From Candidatus Altiarchaeota archaeon (GTDB lineage Archaea > Altiarchaeota > Altiarchaeia > IMC4 > QMZM01), in contig JAFGDV010000022.1 in NCBI GenBank assembly GCA_016931955.1, positions 32,001 through 96,000 on the forward strand: a stretch of DNA of 64,000 nucleotides. Reading direction: 5' to 3'. How positions within the stretch are numbered: position 1 is the stretch's first letter; each line of letters opens with the position of its first letter. Positions 19,245 to 28,323 of the stretch are shown in pieces. The notes below the pieces were generated by a model. The model was given only the letters and a program-made list of their open reading frames with translations, was not told the DNA's origin and did no database searches. Position numbers and translations under genes: made by a program.

Positions 19245-20456
19245 ATGAAAAAGAAACAAAGTGAGTTAGACATATATGGCTTAGATGAACGGTTCTCTAA
19301 GTTTGATGAACGCATAAGAAACTCTGATCTGATCTGTGAAAACAAAGACCTTGTTATAGCCTTTAAGCGGAAAGTGTATTCTGCCTCTTTGATGGGGAAA
19401 CACAGGATACACAAATACGAGGTGTTCTTTAAAAACTATGACAGACTATTGCAGAAACCCTTTAACGAGGCCACAAGAGACGATCTTGAGGAGGTGGTAT
19501 CCAAAGTCAAGGATAACCCAGAGTGGAAGGAACTCACAAAGAGAGACTTTCTATTATGTCTTAAACGCTACTATAAGATAGCCTCCGACCTGCAGGATGA
19601 AAGCGAGTACCCAGAATTGGTTAAGTGGATTAAGACACCCAAAGTCAAAGAGCCACCGATAAACTATGACGAAATACCGTCATGGGATGACGTGGTTAAG
19701 ATGGCTAATTACACTCTTAACGCAAGAGACGAAGCCCTTATTAAGAGTATCTGGGAGGCAGGGAATAGAATAGGCGAACACCTGACCTTGCGTGTCTGTG
19801 ATGTTGAGGAGGTGGAAACTGGCTTATACTTGAATATCTGGAAAAGCAAAACCGATCCGCGTAAGGTTTTCATTAAGCTGTCAGCGGAGGACATACTTTG
19901 TTGGTTGAACATGCACCCATTAAGACATGACGGTGACGCACCCTTATTCTGTAAACTCAAAAGGGGAGAGCATAACACGGTAATAGGCCACAAATACGCC
20001 TATGAACTGATGAAACGGCTTAAGAAGAGAGCTAAGATAAACAAGAAAGTGTCTCCCCACATGCTCAGACACGGATCGGCAAGTTATTTCTCTGATTGGT
20101 TGAGTGACTCGGACATGGATACTAAGTATGGGTGGCGTATAGGGAGTAAGATTAAGGCACGGTACACTCACAAGAACCCGAAAAGTGTTGAGGCCAAGAT
20201 AAGGAAAATGGCAGGAGAGGAAGAGAACGGAGTACAAAACATTTACGAGGAAATGCAGGAGGAACTTATCAGGTGTCTGTTCTGTGATAAACTCAACAGT
20301 CCAAGCCGTAAAACATGTTGGTACTGTAAGCATATTCTTAAGAGAGAGTTGAGCGACATAGTGCAATTAGTTAAAGAAAGCATGGAATCTAAGATAGATG
20401 AGATAGTGTTGAATGCTATTGAGGGGAAAACCAGTAAAAGGCAAACAATAAAATAG
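19245..20456 (+). CDS. Tyrosine recombinase/integrase with C-terminal Zn ribbon
   Basis: Catalytic set: AGNRIGE (R), KSKT (K), HMLRH (HxxR), YGW (W), RYTH (Y); CLFC...CWYC. Confidence 0.96.
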   Translation: MKKKQSELDIYGLDERFSKFDERIRNSDLICENKDLVIAFKRKVYSASLMGKHRIHKYEVFFKNYDRLLQKPFNEATRDDLEEVVSKVKDNPEWKELTKRDFLLCLKRYYKIASDLQDESEYPELVKWIKTPKVKEPPINYDEIPSWDDVVKMANYTLNARDEALIKSIWEAGNRIGEHLTLRVCDVEEVETGLYLNIWKSKTDPRKVFIKLSAEDILCWLNMHPLRHDGDAPLFCKLKRGEHNTVIGHKYAYELMKRLKKRAKINKKVSPHMLRHGSASYFSDWLSDSDMDTKYGWRIGSKIKARYTHKNPKSVEAKIRKMAGEEENGVQNIYEEMQEELIRCLFCDKLNSPSRKTCWYCKHILKRELSDIVQLVKESMESKIDEIVLNAIEGKTSKRQTIK

Positions 20457-20470
20457 TGTCCTTATACAAT

Positions 20471-20560
20471 TCTCTCTCTGTGAAATATGCAGTACATGGT
20501 TGCGTGTGAGATCATTGTATGGATTGTTTTCACAGAGGGAGACCTTTTCTTATTTATTTG
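20471..20560 (+). terminator. Long stem-loop with U-rich tail after the integrase
   Basis: TCTCTCTCTGTGAAA (20471-20485) pairs with TTTCACAGAGGGAGA (20528-20542, one G-U); further inner pairing; followed by CCTTTTCTTATTTATTT. Confidence 0.6.
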
Positions 20561-21473
20561 TGTCAGATATGGTTTTTCTGAGTTTTGGATAAGAAACCCA
20601 TTCTATAAGTATATAGGGTATGGTTTTTTAGGTTTTTTCTAAAAGTTTGAGACTGAAAAACCTCTCTTTGTTTTTCACCGCTATCGGTTAAAAAAGGGGG
20701 TTTAATGGGTGAGAACTCATTTAGACGATCTCCTAAACACCCTGAAAAGTGAGGTTTTGGGTTATCCAAATTGTGCAAGTTTAGGTCTATGAGAGGGATA
20801 TGTGCAGAGGAGTCTATCATTCTGGTCTGCGTAAGACAGAGCTACATACAAACAACTTAGGGGGTTTTCCTATATATAGGAGTCTAAATAGTCTCAATTC
20901 ATTAATGTCATGTTGGGGGAGTATTCTATACATAGATTCCTAAAATTTCTAAAATATTTTATTTTTTTAGAATGTAAACCAAAAAACTAATTATCATATA
21001 ATAAATATGTTTTTCTAAACTGAATTAAGTTTTTTGGTTTCGTTTCGAAAGATTTGTTTAAACAAATTGGGGGGTTTTTGTATATGTTTTTGGGGGTGAT
21101 CTCAACCTGCATAAGTGAGTGATTGAGTTACCCTTTCATGTCTGAGTGTGGCATAAAAAACCGTTTCCACATTTAAGAGGGCAATAATTTAACTATATAT
21201 TAGAATAAATGACAGTCTAAGAAAAAGTTACTTACATGTTACAACGGAAGGACATAATATTATCTAAATATGTGATCCAAAAAAAAGTTTCTGTTCAATG
21301 TTAAGAAACTGGGGTAATATCTATCTAAATATATATATTATAATATAGTGCAAACATAACACACACTAAGAGACGTTTTAACTAACTAATTGATTGATTG
21401 AATGAGTCTCCAATTTACTACGATAAGAATCTCTCTCCTGTGAATTTTTCCTTAGTTTTTGGTTCAATGGACT

Positions 21474-21547
21474 TGACACCTCTGACATATCTGACACCTC
21501 TGGTCGCTTGATACGTTTTGAGAGGTGTCACACTCTGACACCTCTGA
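21474..21547. repeat. Iteron-like cluster A (TGACAnnTC)
   Basis: TGACACCTC 21474, TGACATATC 21483, TGACACCTC 21492, inverted GAGGTGTCA 21522, TGACACCTC 21536. Confidence 0.8.
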
Positions 21548-21565
21548 AAAAAAACTATAATTTCT

Positions 21566-22213
21566 CTAAGGCTTAAGGTATCTCTCCAAGTCATTTATCC
21601 GTTCAGTAACGTCAATGCTCTTGATCTTAACCACCCCAGAGCTTAACTTAGGCCTCCCTCTCTGAGTAATATCTCTTTTTCGGTCAGGAAACAGTTTTTC
21701 CATTACACCAAAATAGTCTATACTCAAAGCCTTAGGTGTTCTCCCCGATCTCTGACCTGTGAATTTTCTCTTTCCTTTACCTTGAACGAGATAGTTTTCT
21801 CTCACCAGTTTTTTAATTATTTTCACAAAGGACTCACTTCTTGTGGCGTGTTTTCGTCTTATCACAGCTAATAAATCGCCTTTGCTTATGCTACCAGACT
21901 TAAAGACCTCAAATAGTATGGTTCTCTCTCTTTCCGTGAGTTCAAGCTCATGGAGGCCTAATAAGAAATTCACATAGATAAGTGCGGTCACGTTATAGAA
22001 CGACATAGCTCCGATGACTTGATCAAGTGTTTTTTTGGAGATTTGTTTTGTTTGTATCTGGTTAAGGCACTCATTTAATAGGCCGTTGGGTTTGAATATT
22101 TCTCGATAATCTTGTATGTATGAGCTTAACCCTATTCTGGTTGGTTGAGATTCTATTTCCAGGTATGTTTTTTTTTCTGTGAATAAAAAATTGCTTTTTA
22201 TGTTTTTTTGCAT
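21566..22213 (-). CDS. Winged-helix transcriptional regulator (putative element repressor)
   Basis: LTERERTILFEV...IIKKLVRENYL...GRTPKALSIDY; GAGGTG RBS before ATG 22213. Confidence 0.7.
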   Translation of the reverse strand: MQKNIKSNFLFTEKKTYLEIESQPTRIGLSSYIQDYREIFKPNGLLNECLNQIQTKQISKKTLDQVIGAMSFYNVTALIYVNFLLGLHELELTERERTILFEVFKSGSISKGDLLAVIRRKHATRSESFVKIIKKLVRENYLVQGKGKRKFTGQRSGRTPKALSIDYFGVMEKLFPDRKRDITQRGRPKLSSGVVKIKSIDVTERINDLERYLKP

Positions 22214-22373
22214 TTTTTCCACCTCTTTTCTTTATTTCACTTTAAAGACTTTTTTTAGGTCTAATACACACTTGTTTTAGTTTAATAATATTCCATATGG
22301 GGAATATTATGTTTATATAGACTTTCAACCATATAAATGAATGAGACTTGCTCGAGAGAAAACAAACAAAAAA

Positions 22374-22577
22374 ATGGCGAAAAGACAGGGAAGAAAAATA
22401 AAACCAATATATCTTGGACTCCCCTTGCCCATACACGAATACATAGAAAGAAAAGCAGACAGGGAGTGCATATCCTCAAGCGAGATACTGAGACAGATCG
22501 TGTTAGAGCATTTCAAGACCACAAAAAATTTCGAGATCATAAGAGAGTGCGAAAATGAACCCCGACACCCCAAATAA
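22374..22577 (+). CDS. Ribbon-helix-helix (CopG-like) regulator
   Basis: IYLGLP.PIHEYIERKADRECISSSEILRQIV; directly upstream of, and overlapping, the rep gene. Confidence 0.8.
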   Translation: MAKRQGRKIKPIYLGLPLPIHEYIERKADRECISSSEILRQIVLEHFKTTKNFEIIRECENEPRHPK

Positions 22578-25410
22578 AAAAGATATTAGACGGTTTTATG
22601 ACCTATTAGGCCATAAAGATCAGACAGAAATACGGTTAATTCCACCCATAAAACAAGAATGGGTGTCCACCGAAAAAGAATTTCTAAGCGTCTGTGAAAG
22701 ATACAATGGCAAAAAGAACGTCTATGCAGGTCTTAATGAAAGAAAACTAAACGGCTCAAAGACTGAAGATGTCATATCACTTGAGACCATAATTCTTGAC
22801 ATTGATCCCATAAGGAAACCACAGGATAAAGACGAGGAAAAACTAAAAGACCTAAACAAGCATAATGCGACTAATTCCGAGATTGAAAAGACCAGAAAAG
22901 ACGTAGAAAAAATAAGTGCATGGTACGTCAAACAAGGCTTTAAGTCTCCATGCATAGCGTTTTCTGGTAATGGTTTTTATGTAATTTCTAAAATTCCACA
23001 CATAGACTTAAGTGATGAAAACAGAGACACCATACAGAAAGGCTTAGAATTATTTTGCAAAGAAATTCAAGACAAATTCAATAATGAAAATACTCACATA
23101 GACAGTACCTTTGACTTAGCACGAATATACAAAGTCATAGGAACTCAAGCATTAAAGAAAGAAACACCAGAAAGACCTAATAGGTACTCCCATTTTATCA
23201 CGGAAAACGATCCAGAACCAGATCAAGCCCTCTGTGAATATATCCTCAGTTTAAGAGAACCTGAAAAGGAAATTTCACAAACAGCAGACAAGGGTATTGA
23301 ACTTAAGGACTTTGAGTTTTGTTGTAAGTTTGATGACACACTAAGAGAACTCTATGACGGTGACATATCAGGGTATAAGTCTCGATCAGAGGCAGAGGAG
23401 GGTTTAGTTTTCAAGTTAGTCTATTATGGGTTTAGTGACTCACAGATCAGACAAATAATGTCTGGTTCAAAAATAGGCCGATGGAACGAGAAACCAAAGA
23501 AAACACAGGATAAAGACATACAGAAAGCCTTTGAGAATGTCACAGACCGCTTTGACTGGAATGAGAGCAAACAAGAACCAATAACTTTATCATATTCCAC
23601 AGGACACTTACCATATTTTAGCGACCTGATGACCGCATTAGCTCTTTTTGGTAAAGATTATGTGTTAATCGGTAAGTTGCTCTGGTATCAATTAGTGTCT
23701 GTGAATATTCCCATAGAGTATAAGCCGTTATGTCTTGGATCGGTTGAGACAGACTTACGGTTGCATGGGGTTTATGTCTTGAATGCAGGACACGGTAAAC
23801 AAAACATTAAGACACTCATACAGCGTGTGTTAGGTAATGTTGGCTTGATTGTATCCACCCCTGTATCATATCACCAAGAGCAACTGATTGGGAAAATACT
23901 TAAACGAAGAGAGAAAGACCAAAAGATAGGTGAGGAAATCACCAAAATAATACAAAACAAGGGATACTTAGCTGATGACTATCTATTCATAGACGAAGGA
24001 TATCTTTTTTTCACAAGCACGGAAACAAAATATGAACAAGCACGGTCTTATATCGCCACAGCCCTCGATCCTTACCCGAATAACATAGTCTATAAGAAAG
24101 CCGTTGATGACCTGAGAGAGCAGGGAGAGGTCTTGAATTACGCACCTCATATTGTCATGGGTGTCGCATTACAACCAGAGAGGATACCAGAGCATATTAT
24201 AAGCAGAGGACTATTGAGGAGATACCTTGTTGTATGGGTTCAATGTAATGAGGATGACAAGAAAAGAGCCTTTAAGGAAAGGCTTGAGGAGAGAGACACG
24301 GAAACAACCAGAAACAATTTTTCGGAATACTTGAAAAGCATTCAAGAGAACGACTTTACCCAGAATAAGCAAAGAAAGGTGGTTTTTTCTAAGGAGGCAG
24401 TCACCCGAATTCAGGAACTACATACTGAATTACTCACAGTTGGAGGGAGTATTAACACGAAATGCAGTAACTTTGCGGAAATAGTAGAGTTCACAGCAGA
24501 GGACTATCTCATAAAGTTATCGAGTATTTTGGCCATAGGTAGAGGACACTATACCATTGAAACTGAGGATGTCGAATTAGCATACTGTGACCTATTTGAG
24601 TTTTTCTGGTCTTGTCTAAACTATGTGAACTGTATTGTTCAGGGTAATTTTGACTATGGTAAGTCTTGGATGGGTGCAGGAGAGAAAGAAATTGAGTGCC
24701 TTGAATATCTAAATGACAATGAGGCAATATCCTTTGAAACCTCCAATATTTCGATCACCGACTTTTTAGAATGTGTCCAAGATGTTTATTCTTGTGAGAT
24801 TAGAACAGCTCAGAGACGCAAAAACCATTTTTTTAAAAGAGGATGGATTGACCTAAAGAAAGGCCAACATGATTCTAAGGTGTGGTTGAATTTCACCCCA
24901 GAATTAAGGAAAAAGCTTAACCGATTCGACTTTTCACAGTCTGAATATGTGAGGATAGTCACCAAAAACAAGGAAATTTGCTCTAAGAAACTTGACATGT
25001 CTGACAGGTCTGACACCTCTGAAAGAGAAAAAGAAATTCCAGAGATGTCAGAGGTGTCAGAGGTGACAAGTGCATATACCAAAAATTACACGAAAAACAC
25101 CCCAGAGATGTCAGAGGTGTCAGAGGTGACACCCCCCCAGAACCAAAAAAACCTTTCCGAAAAGACAAAAAAACTCTATTCTCTCTGTGAAAATATCATG
25201 GACTCAAGTGGCTTAATCGGTAAACAGCGTATCATATCCGAAGCCACAAAACACCTTAAGTTTCCCAGAAAACTCACAGACAAAGAAAAAGAACGTGAGA
25301 TCAGGAAACTTATCCTGACTTTGGAAAAAGAAAAACTACTCACAAAGACCAGAGATGGCCTTTATGAGATGAAAAAGAAACAAAAAGTTTTGGAGGAAAA
25401 AATAGAATGA
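22555..25410 (+). CDS. Replication protein: AEP primase, helical bundle, MCM-like AAA+ and wHTH domains
   Basis: ILDID, FSGNGFY, DSTFDLARIYK (AEP); SRSEAEEGL...IRQIM (pRN1/PriCT-like); LRLHGVYVLNAGHGKQ, LFIDEG, LLRRY, IETEDVELA (MCM-like). Confidence 0.85.
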   Translation: MNPDTPNKKDIRRFYDLLGHKDQTEIRLIPPIKQEWVSTEKEFLSVCERYNGKKNVYAGLNERKLNGSKTEDVISLETIILDIDPIRKPQDKDEEKLKDLNKHNATNSEIEKTRKDVEKISAWYVKQGFKSPCIAFSGNGFYVISKIPHIDLSDENRDTIQKGLELFCKEIQDKFNNENTHIDSTFDLARIYKVIGTQALKKETPERPNRYSHFITENDPEPDQALCEYILSLREPEKEISQTADKGIELKDFEFCCKFDDTLRELYDGDISGYKSRSEAEEGLVFKLVYYGFSDSQIRQIMSGSKIGRWNEKPKKTQDKDIQKAFENVTDRFDWNESKQEPITLSYSTGHLPYFSDLMTALALFGKDYVLIGKLLWYQLVSVNIPIEYKPLCLGSVETDLRLHGVYVLNAGHGKQNIKTLIQRVLGNVGLIVSTPVSYHQEQLIGKILKRREKDQKIGEEITKIIQNKGYLADDYLFIDEGYLFFTSTETKYEQARSYIATALDPYPNNIVYKKAVDDLREQGEVLNYAPHIVMGVALQPERIPEHIISRGLLRRYLVVWVQCNEDDKKRAFKERLEERDTETTRNNFSEYLKSIQENDFTQNKQRKVVFSKEAVTRIQELHTELLTVGGSINTKCSNFAEIVEFTAEDYLIKLSSILAIGRGHYTIETEDVELAYCDLFEFFWSCLNYVNCIVQGNFDYGKSWMGAGEKEIECLEYLNDNEAISFETSNISITDFLECVQDVYSCEIRTAQRRKNHFFKRGWIDLKKGQHDSKVWLNFTPELRKKLNRFDFSQSEYVRIVTKNKEICSKKLDMSDRSDTSEREKEIPEMSEVSEVTSAYTKNYTKNTPEMSEVSEVTPPQNQKNLSEKTKKLYSLCENIMDSSGLIGKQRIISEATKHLKFPRKLTDKEKEREIRKLILTLEKEKLLTKTRDGLYEMKKKQKVLEEKIE
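24993..25131. repeat. Iteron-like cluster B inside rep (candidate origin)
   Basis: TGACATGTC-TGACAGGTC-TGACACCTC (24993-25019), an A-rich spacer, then inverted CCAGAGATGTCAGAGGTGTCAGAGGTGACA twice exactly (25039, 25102; period 63). Confidence 0.85.
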
Positions 25411-25697
25411 AACTGGATGACATAGACATTGAACCAGAAACCCAGAGCATACCTGACGGCTTTGAAATAAGCATGGATGAGTTACTTGATGTTGATTTCC
25501 AGACTAAGACCTTTGAAAGAGATGATGGTACAAAAACTAAGCGATGGCTCTTTGAGTACAAGAAAAAGAACTACTATGTTGGTAAGCAAATTCTTAGGAT
25601 ATTCAAGCGAGCCATATCTGAGGGTTGTAGGTCTGTGAAAATCAGTAAGACAGGGGAGGGTATGAGGACTCACTATGAGGGTATTTTTAAAGGGTGA
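25407..25697 (+). CDS. Putative small ssDNA-binding (OB-like) protein
   Basis: Coupled to rep by ATGA overlap; beta-rich; VKISKTGEGMRTHY resembles phage SSB C-terminal hairpins. Confidence 0.5.
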   Translation: MKLDDIDIEPETQSIPDGFEISMDELLDVDFQTKTFERDDGTKTKRWLFEYKKKNYYVGKQILRIFKRAISEGCRSVKISKTGEGMRTHYEGIFKG

Positions 25698-25728
25698 TTA
25701 CGTCACCCCATTTTTTTTACACTAAAAA

Positions 25729-25959
25729 ATGGATGAGGACACATTTAAATCACTTATGCGTGTGAGCAGAGAACTAAGGATGTTAGACGAGAAAATAAGC
25801 CGTCTGATTGAATGTCAGAGAACTCAAGAAGATCAGCTTAAGACTATTTCACATGACTTTGACACTCGCATAATTGAGTTTGAGCAGACCATTGACGAGA
25901 AAATTCGTAAAAGAGTTTTTTATCAGCTAAACAAGGAGGCCTCAAGTAAACCTTACTAA
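25729..25959 (+). CDS. Small coiled-coil protein
   Basis: Heptad pattern, 76 aa. Confidence 0.6.
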   Translation: MDEDTFKSLMRVSRELRMLDEKISRLIECQRTQEDQLKTISHDFDTRIIEFEQTIDEKIRKRVFYQLNKEASSKPY

Positions 25960-25963
25960 AAAA

Positions 25964-26113
25964 ATGAAAAAACACGGTACGTTTGAGTGTGGTAATTGCG
26001 GAAAAGCAACTGGGGAGCTCTTTAAACACGGCTCTCTTTGGTTGTGTAAGGGTTGTTATGAATATTATATCCGTGATCCGTTTAGTAAAAAAATCGAGGG
26101 TGAGGCAAGGTGA
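25964..26113 (+). CDS. 49-aa C4 zinc-finger protein
   Basis: Below the ORF-track cutoff: MKKHGTFECGNCGKATGELFKHGSLWLCKGCYEYY...; GTGA overlap with the next gene. Confidence 0.7.
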   Translation: MKKHGTFECGNCGKATGELFKHGSLWLCKGCYEYYIRDPFSKKIEGEAR

Positions 26114-26454
26114 CTCAAGCGTTTTGTCTTAAATGTGGCACGTACTCGAATTCGCTTAACCGTGAGGGTCTGTGTCCGAATTGCGAGGCGTGGATTAAGT
26201 GGCTTAAAGATAAACGTCGAGGCCAAGAAAAAAACGGATGGCGTGATCTCCAAAAGGAATACACTCAAAGAAACCGAGAGCTTAAGAAAATTCGAGAGGA
26301 GTGGAATCGCAAATACAGGAGTCAGGCCAGTTTTGAGATACAAAAAATTTTGGGTGAAAACAGACCTCCAAGAGAGGATACTGTATGCACCCAAGAACAA
26401 AAAAACAAAAAAGGAGAAAAACAAAATGACACACAAAAACAAACAAAGTCCTAA
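26110..26454 (+). CDS. Protein with N-terminal C4 zinc finger and basic helix
   Basis: CLKC...CPNC; GAGG RBS before GTG. Confidence 0.65.
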   Translation: MTQAFCLKCGTYSNSLNREGLCPNCEAWIKWLKDKRRGQEKNGWRDLQKEYTQRNRELKKIREEWNRKYRSQASFEIQKILGENRPPREDTVCTQEQKNKKGEKQNDTQKQTKS

Positions 26455-26794
26455 AGCAGACAAAAAAGAACCAAAGGGTATATCCCAAATATCATACCGT
26501 TCAGTCAAACAGCACATGAAACAAAAAACAGACCTGAAAATTTCACAGAAAACAATACTCAAAGTCCGAGAACTATGCGAACAATACATTGAGGACTTAA
26601 CCAATGAACTTGAGTTCTTGGCATTGGAAAACAAACAAAAAACTTTGTTAGTCCAAAACACGGACACAGCATTACAGAATTACCGATACTCTGAGCTTAG
26701 AAAAATTCTTGTGAACGTAACCCCCCAGTTATCAAATTCATTGGAGAGCATACAGCACATACTCGACTTAATCGAGAAAAAACAAGTGAGGTAG
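26426..26794 (+). CDS. Element-encoded histone-fold protein with Lys-rich N-terminal tail and C-terminal helix
   Basis: AAGGAG RBS, ATG 26426. Gapless alignment by eye to HMfB as recalled: KIS=RVS, LALENKQKTL=LARHAGRKTI, NTDTAL=DIELAV. Confidence 0.75.
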   Translation: MTHKNKQSPKADKKEPKGISQISYRSVKQHMKQKTDLKISQKTILKVRELCEQYIEDLTNELEFLALENKQKTLLVQNTDTALQNYRYSELRKILVNVTPQLSNSLESIQHILDLIEKKQVR

Positions 26795-26804
26795 ATAGGA
26801 GAAA

Positions 26805-27116
26805 ATGACGGAAGAAATACCCTTAGAGGTTTTAGCGAACATGGATAAAGTGAAAAAAATACTTGAAAAAACAGACCACAGCGACACGGTTAAACTGAAA
26901 TACGAGGGAAACAAAAAGGGAGAGTGGTTTAAGTATAAGGTAGAGAGAGGACACAGTAAGGCAGGTAAGACCTTAGTTCACGGACAAGAAATATACGGCA
27001 ACCCAGACCATTGTTTAAGCGAAAGACAGACCTATGAGGCATTAAACCACCTTGTCAGAACAGGGAGAGCAGAGACCACAGCATATAAAGGACTTTTCTG
27101 GTATTCTGTGAAATAA
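26805..27116 (+). CDS. Small protein with C-terminal winged-helix-like segment
   Basis: AGGAG RBS; LSERQTYEALNHLVRTGRAE...WYSV. Confidence 0.6.
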   Translation: MTEEIPLEVLANMDKVKKILEKTDHSDTVKLKYEGNKKGEWFKYKVERGHSKAGKTLVHGQEIYGNPDHCLSERQTYEALNHLVRTGRAETTAYKGLFWYSVK

Positions 27117-27371
27117 GGAAAAAATGAAAGTTTCTCACATTACTCCATACCTGTTCTGTCTATCTGGGGTTCAAAAGGCAGGATGGGGGAGATATAAACC
27201 CTCCTATGAGCCCTCTGAGGAAGAGGGAAAGGCGTGGATCATGACGAATACCAAAAAGGGGTTCACCTCAACTTTAAACGGTTGAAAGAAACTCACAACC
27301 ACCTTATAGTCGATAGGGTTTTTCCCTGAGAGGCGTTCACGTGACCATAAAGCCTTGAATAGAAGCGAGGT

Positions 27372-27521
27372 ATGACAAAGAAAATGATGAACGAAGACAG
27401 GTTGCTTGAGTTATTCAATGAACTTGATACGACTTTGATGAAAGTGGAGGTCATAGCAAGAGACGTTCACCGTCTCCGTGTGAAAATATTAAAGTGCTTA
27501 ACTGAAGATGAAAAAAGTTGA
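27372..27521 (+). CDS. 49-aa coiled-coil microprotein
   Basis: GAGG RBS; MTKKMMNEDRLLELFNELDTTLMKVEVIARDVHRLR...; first of an overlapping chain. Confidence 0.55.
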   Translation: MTKKMMNEDRLLELFNELDTTLMKVEVIARDVHRLRVKILKCLTEDEKS

Positions 27522-27651
27522 ATTTGATGAACGATTGACGGAAATAGACACTCAATTTAAGAAGATCGTTGAAGACTTGGAAAAACTTGAGTTTCTTTTC
27601 TGTGACTTAGTGGACTCTTTAACGAGTTTGGAGGCTGAGAGACATGATTGA
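27508..27651 (+). CDS. 47-aa acidic coiled-coil microprotein
   Basis: MKKVEFDERLTEIDTQFKKIVEDLEKLEFLF...; overlaps both neighbours. Confidence 0.55.
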   Translation: MKKVEFDERLTEIDTQFKKIVEDLEKLEFLFCDLVDSLTSLEAERHD

Positions 27652-27790
27652 GTATGTGTTATTTTTACTGGGTTTGTTTGTTGTCTTATGGCTATTGTTT
27701 AGTTTTTTCGACAGCATAATGTGGCCTATACTGTTTTTAGGGGTGGTTCTCTTGTTTTTGGGCGTATGTAAGCTTGTGGGGTGGATATGA
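27644..27790 (+). CDS. 48-aa two-TM hydrophobic microprotein
   Basis: GGAGG RBS; MIEYVLFLLGLFVVLWLLFSFFDSIMWPILFLGVVLLFLGVCKLVGWI. Confidence 0.65.
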   Translation: MIEYVLFLLGLFVVLWLLFSFFDSIMWPILFLGVVLLFLGVCKLVGWI

Positions 27791-27791
27791 A

Positions 27792-28322
27792 ATGGAGTTA
27801 TGGGTTTTAGCGTTAATAGGTTTCGGTTTATGTGTTTTCTTGGCCATGATAGGGTTTATCTTAGTTAAACGGTTCAAGCATAAACAAGAACCAGTAATTT
27901 CACAGACACAAGAAAAAAAAACTGAGGTGCGGATTATTCGGTGTGATGACACTTACCGCATTGAGTGGCCTAATGAGGTTCTCAGCATTGAGGGAGGTGA
28001 TGTTGAGGGCTTAAAGAGGTACTTAGATGGTCAAATTAAGCGGTTATCTTTTGTCGGGGAGTGTGTGAGTAACTTAGGCGTGTATTATCCTGACTTTGAT
28101 CCGCCTAAAGAAGAAGGAGAGAAGGAGGAGGTTTTGAAACCCATTGATGAGACCGTTAAAATAATACCTGATTTGAGTTTTAGAGAGGTTGAGGAGATCA
28201 AGGAAACCCTCACCAGAGAAAACGGACAAACACCAACTAAGAGAAAGTTAGCGTGGCATATAGCTAAAGTTTACGGTGTTTCCATTGGTGAGGCATGGAA
28301 TATACTTAAAAGAGGAGACTGA
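27792..28322 (+). CDS. N-terminally membrane-anchored protein with C-terminal HTH-like segment
   Basis: TM MELWVLALIGFGLCVFLAMIGFILV; LAWHIAKVYGVSIGEAWNIL. Confidence 0.65.
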   Translation: MELWVLALIGFGLCVFLAMIGFILVKRFKHKQEPVISQTQEKKTEVRIIRCDDTYRIEWPNEVLSIEGGDVEGLKRYLDGQIKRLSFVGECVSNLGVYYPDFDPPKEEGEKEEVLKPIDETVKIIPDLSFREVEEIKETLTRENGQTPTKRKLAWHIAKVYGVSIGEAWNILKRGD

Positions 28323-28323
28323 A

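Noticed and set aside
21474-25131. CRISPR mini-array
   Set aside because: Units are 9 bp and contiguous. The 30-bp repeat occurs only twice, is built from iterons and lies in coding frame. No cas genes are present.
26135-26425. N-terminal 97 aa of the 219-aa ORF-track call
   Set aside because: It overlaps the zinc-finger ORF at 26110-26454, and a clear RBS precedes ATG 26426.
27123-27330. Possible ~53-aa ORF within the element
   Set aside because: No recognisable motif and weak start context; left uncalled.
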